A stretch of 64,000 bases of DNA from Alphaproteobacteria bacterium. GTDB taxonomy: Bacteria; Pseudomonadota; Alphaproteobacteria; UBA8366; G965603855. Each line of letters opens with the position of its first letter. Position 1 is the first letter of the stretch. The notes beneath the pieces were generated by a model, which was given only the letters and a program-made list of their open reading frames with translations, was not told the origin of the DNA and did no database searches. The stretch covers positions 3,957,833 through 4,021,832 of the forward strand of contig OZ272519.1 of NCBI GenBank assembly GCA_965603855.1. Reading direction: 5' to 3'. The translations under genes and the position numbers were made by a program. Positions 50,546 through 59,313 of this stretch are shown one piece after another.

Positions 50546-50715
50546 TAGGGTCCCTCCAGACCCCGTCCCATGGCCGGCAACCGAATCCGGCCCGGATCGG
50601 GGCTCTCCGTTCAGGTCGCCGTATTGTTAGCGGATGTCCGCTGACGCCACAAGATATGGTGCGACCAATGGTTCCGTGCTGCAACGAACGTAATAAACCA
50701 TTGTTTCGATTTTAT

Positions 50716-51375
50716 TTAATCCAGGACGCGCTGCAGAAATGTGCTGCCCGCCTCGATGCCGGCCGGGTCGATGCCGTGCGGCAGCCCCGGCCGGATCATC
50801 GTTTCGACCTCAAAGCCGTTATCCGCCAAGACCTTGGCGGCCATCGGCGTGCACTGGGCCGGCACCACCTCGTCGGCATCGCCATGCACCAGCAGAACCG
50901 GCGGCCGGCTGCGCACCTCGGCGCCGAACCGCTCCTCGCCCACCAGCATCCCGGAATAGCCGAGGATGCCGGCCACCGCCTGATCGCGCCGCGGCGCGAC
51001 GAAAAGGCTCATCATGGTTCCCTGGCTGAAGCCCAGCAGAGCCAGCCTGTCCGGCGTCAGACCGGTTTCCGCGAGCATCTCGTCGATATAGGCATTCAGG
51101 ATCGGTGCCGAGGCCTGGGCGCCGGCCAGGATTGCGCTGGCCGAACGGTCGATCAGCGAGAACCACTGGTAACCGAACGGGGCCATGTCACATGGGTAAG
51201 GCGCGTTCGGCGCCACGAACAGCGTCGTGGGCAAGGCCCGGGCAAGATGCGGCGCAAGCCCGATCAGGTCGTTGCCGTCGGCGCCCAGCCCGTGCAGAAG
51301 GATCACCAGCCGCTCCGCGGGCGCGCCCGAAGCCGGACCGAAGCGGGGCCCGTCCAGTTTGAAGAAATCATGCAT
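50716..51375 (-). CDS. Alpha/beta hydrolase, phospholipase/carboxylesterase family
   Basis: 219-aa ORF. LLHGLGADGNDL, nucleophile elbow GFSQGTMM, VHGDADEVVP and a His in GLPHGID. Confidence 0.85.
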   Translation of the reverse strand: MHDFFKLDGPRFGPASGAPAERLVILLHGLGADGNDLIGLAPHLARALPTTLFVAPNAPYPCDMAPFGYQWFSLIDRSASAILAGAQASAPILNAYIDEMLAETGLTPDRLALLGFSQGTMMSLFVAPRRDQAVAGILGYSGMLVGEERFGAEVRSRPPVLLVHGDADEVVPAQCTPMAAKVLADNGFEVETMIRPGLPHGIDPAGIEAGSTFLQRVLD

Positions 51376-51411
51376 GCGTTCGACCCCCGTCCAACCTGTC
51401 GGCCGCGCCGG

Positions 51412-52023
51412 TCACGAAGGCGCGCCCTTGTAGAAGTGCCAAAGGAACAGCGCACCGGCGCCGCGCCACGGCGACCAGTGTTCCACCAGCGTCCGCGCCG
51501 TGCCGCCGTCGGGGCGCGCCTCAAGCCCATTCAGCCGCCGCAAGCCCTCCTGCAGCGCAAGATCGTCGCCCGGAAAGACGTCGCCACGACCCAGTGCAAA
51601 CAGCATATAGACCTCCGCGGTCCATCGGCCCACGCCCTTCAGCGCGACCAGGGTCTCGATGGCCGCTTCGTCCTCCAGCTCGGCGACTCGGGCAAGATCC
51701 AGCCGCCCGTCCAGCGCCGCCTCGGCAATGCCGCGGGCATAGGCGATCTTCGGGCGGCTGAGGCCGGTCGCCCGCAAGGTCTCGTCGTCGAGCGCCACGA
51801 AACGGTGCGGCGACATCGGGTCTTCGATCGCCGCCAGCCGCGCCCGGATCGCCTGGGCCACCGCGGCGGAGATCTGCTGCGCCGCGATGATCGACAGAAG
51901 ACCCGGAAAACCGGGCGCGGCAAGCCGCGGTGCCGGATAACCGACGCGCGCGAGCCCGGACGCAACCGCCGCGTCGCGCGCCGCCAGCTCGTCGAGCCCC
52001 CGGTTGATCGTCGCCTGATCCAT
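51412..52023 (-). CDS. DNA-3-methyladenine glycosylase II-like (HhH-GPD superfamily)
   Basis: 203-aa ORF. HhH-GPD block LKGVGRWTAEVYMLFALGRGDVFPGDDLAL with the catalytic Asp. Confidence 0.85.
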   Translation of the reverse strand: MDQATINRGLDELAARDAAVASGLARVGYPAPRLAAPGFPGLLSIIAAQQISAAVAQAIRARLAAIEDPMSPHRFVALDDETLRATGLSRPKIAYARGIAEAALDGRLDLARVAELEDEAAIETLVALKGVGRWTAEVYMLFALGRGDVFPGDDLALQEGLRRLNGLEARPDGGTARTLVEHWSPWRGAGALFLWHFYKGAPS

Positions 52024-52132
52024 CGCCGTTGACTTACACCGCCGCGCTCGGCCTTATCCAGGAGAATGAAGAAACAGCCGGACAGATGTCCCGTCTTGCT
52101 TGGAAGGAAAGATTGCCCTGGACCGTGAAGGC

Positions 52133-52975
52133 ATGACGGCCGTCTTCCGTTTTGCGCCCAGCCCGACCGGGCATTTGCACCTTGGCCACGCCTATTCCGC
52201 CATCTTCACCTGGGCCGAGGCCGCCGCAGCCGGCGGGCGCTGTTTGCTGCGGATCGAGGACATCGACCGCGGCCGCTGCCGTCCCGAGTTCGAGGCGGCC
52301 ATCTTCGAAGACCTGGCCTGGCTGGGTCTGACCTGGGAGACGCCCGTCCGGCGCCAGTCGGAACACATGGCCGACTATCGGGCGGCGCTGGACCGGCTGG
52401 CGGCGATGGACCTGCTTTATCCCTGCTTTTGCACACGCAAGGAGATCCAAAGGGAAATCGCGGCCGCGCCCAGCGCGCCGCACGGGCCGGACGGCCCGCT
52501 TTATCCCGGCACCTGCAAACGGCTGACCGCGGACGAACGGCAGGCGCGCCTCGACGCCGGCGACGCTTTCGCGCTGAGACTGCACATGGACCGCGCGGCG
52601 GCCCTGACCGGGCCGTTGACCTTCACCGACAGGGGCGCCGGAACCGTCGCGGTCGACCCCGCCGGCTGCGGCGACGTGGTCCTGGCGCGCAAGGACGTGC
52701 CGACCAGCTATCACCTGGCGGTCGTGGTGGACGACGGCCTGCAGGCGGTCACCCATGTCACCCGCGGCGAGGACCTGCTGTTTGCCACGCATGTCCACCG
52801 CGTCCTGCAGGCGGTCCTGGACCTGCCCGAACCGGTCTACCACCACCACCGGCTTTTGCTGGACGAACAGGGGAAACGGTTCGCGAAACGCAACCTGTCG
52901 GTCACCTTGCAGGCACTGCGGGCCAACGGCACTGCACCCGACAAGGTCCGCGAGATGGTGGGCCTCGCCGCCTAG
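52133..52975 (+). CDS. gluQ: tRNA glutamyl-Q(34) synthetase (GluQRS)
   Basis: Track ORF 52100-52975 starts at a TTG; an ATG lies at 52133. FRFAPSPTGHLHLGHAYSA (HIGH motif), YPCFCTRKE and YPGTCK (zinc knuckle). The ~280-aa size lacks an anticodon-binding domain. Confidence 0.85.
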   Translation: MTAVFRFAPSPTGHLHLGHAYSAIFTWAEAAAAGGRCLLRIEDIDRGRCRPEFEAAIFEDLAWLGLTWETPVRRQSEHMADYRAALDRLAAMDLLYPCFCTRKEIQREIAAAPSAPHGPDGPLYPGTCKRLTADERQARLDAGDAFALRLHMDRAAALTGPLTFTDRGAGTVAVDPAGCGDVVLARKDVPTSYHLAVVVDDGLQAVTHVTRGEDLLFATHVHRVLQAVLDLPEPVYHHHRLLLDEQGKRFAKRNLSVTLQALRANGTAPDKVREMVGLAA

Positions 52976-53829
52976 CGGCCCGCCGCCAGCGCCTCGACGA
53001 TCGCCGCATGGTCAGGCGTCCCGGCGGGCGTCAACAAGCCATGACGCAGGAAGAAATCGATCAACACCACCGCGCAGTTGGGCTTGAACGCATCCGTCTC
53101 GCGCACCAGCGTCATGACCTCGTCGACCGGCATCAGGTGAAAGGACGCGATCTCGCCGTCCGTATTGCGCGGCACCAGATCGGCAGGCATCTCCAGGTCG
53201 AAGCAATAGAGACGGTCGGGCTTGACCCGGAACGCATCGGGCTGTTCGTCGTAGCTGATGTATCCTGCGGCCACGGAGGTGCGGGCAAGCGCCTCGGGCA
53301 GGCCGGCCTCTTCCGCGCATTCCTTGACCACGTTTTCCATCAGGCCAAGACCATGCGGCTGGCCGCCCGCGACGGTGTTGTCCAGCAAGCCTGGAAAGTT
53401 CGGCCGGTCGTCGGAACGCCGCGCGATCCACAGCCGCAAACCGTCGGGCGCGCGCACGAAGCCGTTCACATGCACACCGTACGACCGGAACCCGAAATAG
53501 GGCATCAGGGCGCGTTCCGCCAACAGCGCCGGCGGGTCTTCCCACCGGTTCTTCACCGCATAGAGTTCGCCGCGCCAGCCGTGGATCAATCCCTGCCGGT
53601 CGAGCGCCGTCCCCGCCTCGGCCAGCGCCGCCGAACGGTCCTCCGGCGTCTTCAACGCGGGGTCCAGCGTGACGTCATTGTCGGTGACCCGGAACAGGTC
53701 GGGCCAGGGTGCGAGCTTTTCGAGGAAGGCATGCGCGACCCATCCGAACCGCGCAGTGTCGATCATGAACGGGCGGAACGCCGCATAGTCGGCATTGCGG
53801 CAGGCGCGGATGCGGTCGAGATACCCCAC
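52972..53829 (-). CDS. Nudix-family hydrolase with N-terminal DUF4743-like domain
   Basis: 285-aa ORF. Nudix-box-like segment GGQPHGLGLMENVVKECAEEAGL (GX5EX7REUXEEXGU pattern with deviations). Confidence 0.75.
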   Translation of the reverse strand: MGYLDRIRACRNADYAAFRPFMIDTARFGWVAHAFLEKLAPWPDLFRVTDNDVTLDPALKTPEDRSAALAEAGTALDRQGLIHGWRGELYAVKNRWEDPPALLAERALMPYFGFRSYGVHVNGFVRAPDGLRLWIARRSDDRPNFPGLLDNTVAGGQPHGLGLMENVVKECAEEAGLPEALARTSVAAGYISYDEQPDAFRVKPDRLYCFDLEMPADLVPRNTDGEIASFHLMPVDEVMTLVRETDAFKPNCAVVLIDFFLRHGLLTPAGTPDHAAIVEALAAGR

Positions 53830-53839
53830 CCGTCGCGCC

Positions 53840-54703
53840 CTAGAACCAGAACAGCGGTTCGCGGATCATGCGGTGCACGCCCGCCGCCGCAAGCACCGGC
53901 ACCAACGCGATCGCGAAGGTCAGGATCGGCCGAAGCGCCCCTTCGACGCCCGCGCGCGCGGGCACCAGCGCCCCGGAGAGGCGCCCGGCGAGAAACACCG
54001 GCAACAGCATCGGCAGGGCGGCACGTTCGATGTCGCCGCTTTGCATCAGACCCGCCACCAGTGCCACAAGCGGCAAACCGCCGCCAAGTTGTCCGCAGGC
54101 GGCAAAGGACAGGCCGGCAGGCGGCCAGGCAAGCACGAAGAAACCGAGGCTGGCCGCCGCGACCGCGGCGGCAAGCTGCGCCGCGCCGGTCGAGCCGGAC
54201 AGGATCACCAGCACCGCCACGCCCAGGGCGGCCGCGCACAGCATGACCGCCGGTCCCGCCGCCTGTCCCACGGGGCGGTCAAGCGAGATCAGAACGCCTG
54301 ACGACAGCGCCCACAGCATCGCCATGTGACCGATCGCCCTGCCGTCGCCCGCCGCCAAGGACGGCCAGCCGATCCAGGCAACCGCCGCAAAGGCCGCCGC
54401 GAGGACCGCGACAGTCCTGGTTTTGCGGCCGGCGCGGCCGATGTCCAAGACGGCGCCGATCGCGATCCCGCCCGCCGCGACGAACGGCAGCTTGTGGATC
54501 GCCGCCAGCGCCGGCCAGTGCGGCGTCCCCATGACCGCAACGTCGCCGGCCAGGAAGCCCAGCCCGATGCCGGCGCCGGCCAGCGCCGAACCGATCCCAC
54601 GGCCGGCCGCGACGCGCAGCACGGCCGCGGCGACCAGCGCCGTCGCCATCGGCAGCGCCAGGGTCAGAAACGCGGGATTGGCAAGCCATTCGTTCAAGGA
54701 CAT
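53840..54703 (-). CDS. Hypothetical polytopic membrane protein (about 8 TM helices)
   Basis: 287-aa ORF, Ala/Gly/Leu-rich with repeated ~20-aa hydrophobic stretches. It sits 9-10 bp from both same-strand neighbours. No family recognised. Confidence 0.6.
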   Translation of the reverse strand: MSLNEWLANPAFLTLALPMATALVAAAVLRVAAGRGIGSALAGAGIGLGFLAGDVAVMGTPHWPALAAIHKLPFVAAGGIAIGAVLDIGRAGRKTRTVAVLAAAFAAVAWIGWPSLAAGDGRAIGHMAMLWALSSGVLISLDRPVGQAAGPAVMLCAAALGVAVLVILSGSTGAAQLAAAVAAASLGFFVLAWPPAGLSFAACGQLGGGLPLVALVAGLMQSGDIERAALPMLLPVFLAGRLSGALVPARAGVEGALRPILTFAIALVPVLAAAGVHRMIREPLFWF

Positions 54704-54712
54704 CGCACGCCC

Positions 54713-55651
54713 TCAGTCGACCGTCAGCCACTGCAGGATAAGCGACAACGTGATCACCGAGAACGCCGTGGAGATCAGCACCGTCGACGACGCCCTTCCT
54801 TCGCCGACGCCATAGCGGTTGGCGAACAGGAACGCGTTGACGCCGGCGGGCTGTGCCGCCAGCACGACGGCGACGCTGCCCCACAAGGCGTCGACCTCAA
54901 AGACCAGGAATGCCAGAACCCAGACGACGGCCGGGAACACCAACGTCTTCAGAACCGTCAGGACCACGCAATGGGCAATATTGCCGAAGATCCGATAGCG
55001 GAACAGCGACGCGCCCACTGCGAACAGGGCGCAGGGCGCGACCGAGGCCGACAGCAGCTCCGCCATGCGGTCGACCGGCGACCAGATCGGCAGGTCCAAG
55101 ACGTTGAACGCCAGTCCGACCAGAAGCCCAACGAAGATCGGGTTCGTCATCAGGCCCTTCAGCACCAGCCAAGGAAGCTGCCACAGGTTGGCCTCGCGCC
55201 GTTTGGCGATTTCCAGCAGCACCGTGATGATCGGAAACATCAGCGGACTGTGAATCGCGATCACCAGAAACAGCGGCACGGCGCCCGCATCGCCGTATGC
55301 CGCCAGAACAATCGGTATACCCAACAGAACGGTGTTGCCGTAGCCGGCGGCGGTTCCCGAAATCGTCTGGCCGCCCAACTCCTGCGTGAAGGCCAGGCGG
55401 GCAACCAGCATGCCGGCGACGAACACCGCCATCAGCCCCAGATAATAAGACCCCAAAAAGCCCAGCGGCAGGTCCGCCGGCAGGGTCGTGGTCGCCAGGG
55501 TCCGGAACAGCAGCACCGGAATGGCGAAGGTAAAAACGTATCTGGTTAATCCGTCATTGGCCTGTTCGGAAAACCAACCGATCCAAGACGCGCCATACCC
55601 CAGTGCCACCAATCCGAAGACGGGAAGCACGATCCCGACCACCGCGTCCAT
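54713..55651 (-). CDS. AEC-family (auxin efflux carrier) transporter
   Basis: In-frame part of track ORF 54713-55876. The ATG at complement 55651 gives MDAVVGIVLPVFGLVALGYGASWIGWF ... TRYVFTFAIPVLLF. Ten-TM layout. Confidence 0.85.
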   Translation of the reverse strand: MDAVVGIVLPVFGLVALGYGASWIGWFSEQANDGLTRYVFTFAIPVLLFRTLATTTLPADLPLGFLGSYYLGLMAVFVAGMLVARLAFTQELGGQTISGTAAGYGNTVLLGIPIVLAAYGDAGAVPLFLVIAIHSPLMFPIITVLLEIAKRREANLWQLPWLVLKGLMTNPIFVGLLVGLAFNVLDLPIWSPVDRMAELLSASVAPCALFAVGASLFRYRIFGNIAHCVVLTVLKTLVFPAVVWVLAFLVFEVDALWGSVAVVLAAQPAGVNAFLFANRYGVGEGRASSTVLISTAFSVITLSLILQWLTVD

Positions 55652-55819
55652 TGGAAACGAACACCGAATCTGGTTAATGCCGACGGCCAAAATGGCCTTG
55701 ATTCCCGGCGGTTGCAACCGCCCGGAAAGCCAACTATACCCTTGCGCCGATATTGCCCCGGCCCCATGTTCTGTGGGATGATAGAAGCGCGTCGGAAGCG
55801 CGCCGTTTGGAGATTTTGG

Positions 55820-56122
55820 ATGTCTGACCTTTGGGCCTTTGGTCGCCGACCTTCCTGCATGGTGCGCTATCGCCATGGCGGCTACAGTGCGATCTATCCG
55901 CGCGGTAACCCGCTACTTACCGACGAGGCGGAATCCTACGCCGCGTTAACCGCTGAGGGTGAGTTCGGCGCCGAGCAGGTGCTGGAGGCCCGCATCGAAG
56001 GCGGCAAGCCGGACAATATCCTGTCGTTCCCGGGCGGCCATGGCCGAAAGGCCCGCCAGGGCTCGGGCCGCGGAAAATCCCGCCCCGGCCCGGCGAACGC
56101 CACCGTTCATCCCAAGGACTAG
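55820..56122 (+). CDS. Hypothetical protein
   Basis: In-frame part of track ORF 55712-56122. The ATG at 55820 is preceded by GGAG. GC-rich third codon positions are consistent with coding. No family recognised. Confidence 0.35.
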   Translation: MSDLWAFGRRPSCMVRYRHGGYSAIYPRGNPLLTDEAESYAALTAEGEFGAEQVLEARIEGGKPDNILSFPGGHGRKARQGSGRGKSRPGPANATVHPKD

Positions 56123-56149
56123 GCTGCAAACCGGGCATGCTTGGTTAAC

Positions 56150-57805
56150 ATGGTTGCGCCGGCATCGACCCTGAACCGGCGGGCCTGGAAAGACCGCACC
56201 CCCACCATCGAAGCACTGGACCGGCTGGTAGACCGGGCAGTATCGAGCCTGGGCAGCCGGGTTGCGCCCGCGGGCCGTCCGGACCCCGACGCCCTGCACC
56301 AGCACCAGGGCGCGGCCCACGCCCTGGCCTGGGTCGCAACCTATCGGGCAGCGCTTGGACAATTGAACAGATGGGCCTGCGATCGGGCGGCGGCGGGAAC
56401 GCTGAGCCCGGCCGAGACCCTGGTCGCGGAGATCGGGTTCGGGGAATACGTCGCCCAGTTGCTCTCCGGCATCCCCCTGAGCCAGAGCGAGATCGCCCGG
56501 CCCGGCGACTGGATGGCCGATCCGGCCGGGCTCGAGGCGGTGCGGCAGGCCCACGGCACGGACGGCGACAACCTTGCCGCCGCCAGGCGGTCGCTGGCCG
56601 ACCTGATGGCCGCAGAGGGGGCGCCGGAGCCGTCGGCGGACGAGGCAGACGAGGCGCTGATACGGGACCAGTTCCGCCGTTTCGCCGAAACCGAAATCCT
56701 GCCTCATGCGGCCGGCTGGCACCTGGAGGACCGGCTGATCCCGGAAGCGGTGATCGAAACGCTGGCCGGCCTGGGCGTGTTCGGACTGACGCTGCCCGAA
56801 GCGTACGGCGGCGCGGGCATGGGCAAGACCGCCATGTGCATCGTCAGCGAGGAGCTGAGCCGCGCAAGCCTCGCGGTCGGCTCGCTGGCGACCCGGTCCG
56901 AGATCGCAGGCGAGCTGATCCTTGCCAACGGCACCGCCGAACAGAAAGACCGGTTCCTGCCCGGCATCGCCAGCGCCGCGATCATCCCCACCGCCGTCTT
57001 CACCGAGCCGGAAGCCGGTTCGGACCTGGCGGCGGTGCGGACCACGGCGCGGCGGGAGGGCGACGGCTATCGGATTGACGGCGCGAAAACCTGGGCCACC
57101 CACGCCGGACGGGCCGATCTGATGACGGTGCTGGTGCGGACCGGTCCGTCAGAGGCCGGCCACAGCGGTTTGTCGATCCTGCTGGCGGAAAAGCCGCGCG
57201 GAGACGACGGCGACCCGTTTCCCGTTGACGGCCTCAGCGGCGGCGAGATCCCGACGCTGGGCTATCGCGGCATGAAGGAGTACAGCCTCGCCTTCGACGG
57301 CTTTCGGGTCCCGACCGCCAACCTTCTGGGCGGCGCCGAGGGCGAAGGCTTCCGGCAACTGATGGCGACCTTCGAGACCGCGCGCATCCAGACCGCGGCG
57401 CGTGCCGTCGGTGTCGCCCAGGCGGCCGTCGACGAGGGGCTGGCCTATGCCCGCGACCGGCGCCAGTTCGCGCGGCCGCTGATCGCGTTCGCAAGGATCG
57501 CCGACAAACTGGCCATGATGGCAGTCGAGACGGTTCTGTCCCGGCTTTTGACCCTGTCCGCAGCCCAGGCCAAGCAGGAAGGACGGCGCGCCGACATCGA
57601 GGCTGGCATGGCCAAGCTTCTGGCCGCGCGCACGGCGTGGGCCAATGCCGACAGCGCGGTCCAGATCCATGGCGGCACAGGCTATGCGGAGGAAACCCGC
57701 GCCGCGCGGCTGCTGGTGGACGCACGCATCCTGTCGGTCTTCGAAGGCACGGCGGAGATCCAGGCCGGCATCATCGCCCGCGGCCTTCTGGCAACGCGCA
57801 ACTGA
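56150..57805 (+). CDS. Acyl-CoA dehydrogenase family protein with ~170-aa N-terminal extension
   Basis: Track ORF 56141-57805 starts at a TTG; the first ATG is at 56150. The ACAD core contains TEPEAGSDLAA, IDGAKTWATHAG and QIHGGTGYAEE, with the catalytic-Glu region SVFEGTAEIQ. Confidence 0.88.
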   Translation: MVAPASTLNRRAWKDRTPTIEALDRLVDRAVSSLGSRVAPAGRPDPDALHQHQGAAHALAWVATYRAALGQLNRWACDRAAAGTLSPAETLVAEIGFGEYVAQLLSGIPLSQSEIARPGDWMADPAGLEAVRQAHGTDGDNLAAARRSLADLMAAEGAPEPSADEADEALIRDQFRRFAETEILPHAAGWHLEDRLIPEAVIETLAGLGVFGLTLPEAYGGAGMGKTAMCIVSEELSRASLAVGSLATRSEIAGELILANGTAEQKDRFLPGIASAAIIPTAVFTEPEAGSDLAAVRTTARREGDGYRIDGAKTWATHAGRADLMTVLVRTGPSEAGHSGLSILLAEKPRGDDGDPFPVDGLSGGEIPTLGYRGMKEYSLAFDGFRVPTANLLGGAEGEGFRQLMATFETARIQTAARAVGVAQAAVDEGLAYARDRRQFARPLIAFARIADKLAMMAVETVLSRLLTLSAAQAKQEGRRADIEAGMAKLLAARTAWANADSAVQIHGGTGYAEETRAARLLVDARILSVFEGTAEIQAGIIARGLLATRN

Positions 57806-58305
57806 TGCGACGCATCGCCGCCGTCCTGGTCCTGTTCGGCCTGCTCGCGACGGGCGTCGAGGCCGTCCGGGCCGATGCCGCACGGGTCTGCGGTCTCGGC
57901 CAGCCGGTGGCCCAGGGGCATGGCGAGCGGCTGCGCCGTTTTGCGGAACGCGTCGGGCTGGAGCGGATCGAGGCCTTCGTCCGCATCTCCAGCACCGTCT
58001 ACCGTACCGGCGATCTGCCGGACTGCTATCTGACGAAGGACGAGGCCCGCGGCGAGGGCTGGCGACGCGGCCGGGACCTCTGGCGCCATGCGCCCGGCAC
58101 CGCGATCGGCGGCGACCGCTTTCACAACCGGGAAAGACGTCTGCCGGCCAACCACAACGGAACCTACCGCGAGGCCGACCTGGACTACCAGGGCGGCCGG
58201 CGCGGCGCCCGGCGCATGGTCTATGTTCAGGGATCCGACGGGCGCTGGCTGCAATGGATCACGGTGGATCACTACCACAGTTTCGCGCGGGTTCCGGCCC
58301 CGTGA
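57805..58305 (+). CDS. Secreted barnase-family (microbial guanyl-specific) ribonuclease
   Basis: In-frame part of track ORF 57637-58305. The ATG at 57805 overlaps the upstream stop (TGATG). Signal peptide MRRIAAVLVLFGLLATGVEAVRA. The core LPDCYLTKDEARGEGW ... APGTAIGGDRFHNRERRLP ... YREADLDY ... RRMVY ... TVDHYHSFARV aligns by eye with barnase. The barnase blocks are LPDNYITKSEAQALGW ... APGKSIGGDIFSNREGKLP ... WREADINY ... DRILY ... TTDHYQTFTKI. Confidence 0.85.
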   Translation: MRRIAAVLVLFGLLATGVEAVRADAARVCGLGQPVAQGHGERLRRFAERVGLERIEAFVRISSTVYRTGDLPDCYLTKDEARGEGWRRGRDLWRHAPGTAIGGDRFHNRERRLPANHNGTYREADLDYQGGRRGARRMVYVQGSDGRWLQWITVDHYHSFARVPAP

Positions 58306-58360
58306 TCCGCCGCTGCATTCGCCCCTGGCCGCGGGGCCGGGTTCGGCATATATCAATGGC

Positions 58361-58561
58361 ATGACAAATGTCGGCTTCATCGTCCTGATCGTTGCGATGA
58401 TGGGCGCCCTGGGCGTCTGCTTGGTGGGCATTTTTGCGCTTGCCCGCGGTGGCGATTTCAACAAACGCTACTCCAACAAGCTGATGCGTGCGCGGATTCT
58501 GCTGCAACTGCTGGCCCTGGTCGTGTTTGCGATCCTGATGGTCGCGGCCGGCAAGGCCTGA
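58361..58561 (+). CDS. Twin-TM small protein (HIG1-domain family)
   Basis: In-frame part of track ORF 58088-58561 with ATG at 58361. 66 aa: two TM helices joined by ARGGDFNKRYSNKLMRARI. Confidence 0.7.
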   Translation: MTNVGFIVLIVAMMGALGVCLVGIFALARGGDFNKRYSNKLMRARILLQLLALVVFAILMVAAGKA

Positions 58562-58588
58562 CGCGCCGCAGACGCCGGAAGAGACCCC

Positions 58589-59152
58589 ATGGTACAGCTT
58601 ACCCGCATCTACACCCGTGGCGGCGACGGCGGCGACACCTCGCTGGGCGACGGCACGCGTGTGCGCAAGGACGCCCTGCGGGTCGAGGCATACGGCACCG
58701 TCGACGAGGCCAACGCCGCAATCGGCCTGGCCCGGCTGCACACCGACGGCGCGGCCGACGAGATGCTGGCCCGGATCCAGAACGACCTATTCGACCTGGG
58801 CGCGGACCTGTGCCGGCCGGAGGACGGCGCGGCCGCCAAAAGCGCGCTGCGGATGGCGCCGGGACAGGTAGAGCGCCTGGAGCAGGAGATCGATACCGTC
58901 AACGCGGACCTGGATCCCCTGTCCAGCTTCGTGCTGCCGGGCGGGACCCCGGCGGCCGCCTTCCTGCATCTGGCGCGCACGGTCACACGCCGAGCCGAAC
59001 GGCTCGCCGTTGCGCTGTCCGAGGAGGAGGCCGTAAACCCCGAGGCGGTCAAATACCTGAACCGGCTGTCCGACCTCCTGTTCGTGCTGTCGCGGCACTG
59101 CAACCAGCGCGGCGCCTCGGACATCCTATGGGAACCCGGCAAAACCCGCTGA
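58589..59152 (+). CDS. PduO-type ATP:cob(I)alamin adenosyltransferase
   Basis: 187-aa ORF. N-terminus LTRIYTRGGDGGDTSLGDG ... YGTVDEANAAIG and the later block LPGG are typical of the PduO/MMAB family. Confidence 0.9.
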   Translation: MVQLTRIYTRGGDGGDTSLGDGTRVRKDALRVEAYGTVDEANAAIGLARLHTDGAADEMLARIQNDLFDLGADLCRPEDGAAAKSALRMAPGQVERLEQEIDTVNADLDPLSSFVLPGGTPAAAFLHLARTVTRRAERLAVALSEEEAVNPEAVKYLNRLSDLLFVLSRHCNQRGASDILWEPGKTR

Positions 59153-59313
59153 TCCCGCCTTCCGGCCCCCCCCCAAATCCCCGCTCTAACCAAGGCCTGG
59201 CGCCGGAAACCCAGGCCAGGGGCGGGGCGCCATGGTTTACCGGACCTTGACGATTCTTCAACGGTTTGCGGGCTAGTCTCCAGCGCTACGCGTATACGTA
59301 AAGATCGGACCCC

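Noticed and set aside
58562-58588. Cobalamin riboswitch upstream of the PduO-type adenosyltransferase
   Set aside because: The gap to the upstream gene is only 27 bp, far too short for a B12 riboswitch. I recognised no B12-box-like sequence in the flanks.
59153-59313. C-rich tract and GGCCTGG...CCAGGCC inverted repeat after the adenosyltransferase gene, as a terminator or structured RNA
   Set aside because: The stem is only 7 bp with a 10-nt loop and no following T-run. That is not distinctive enough to call, although it may act as a weak terminator.
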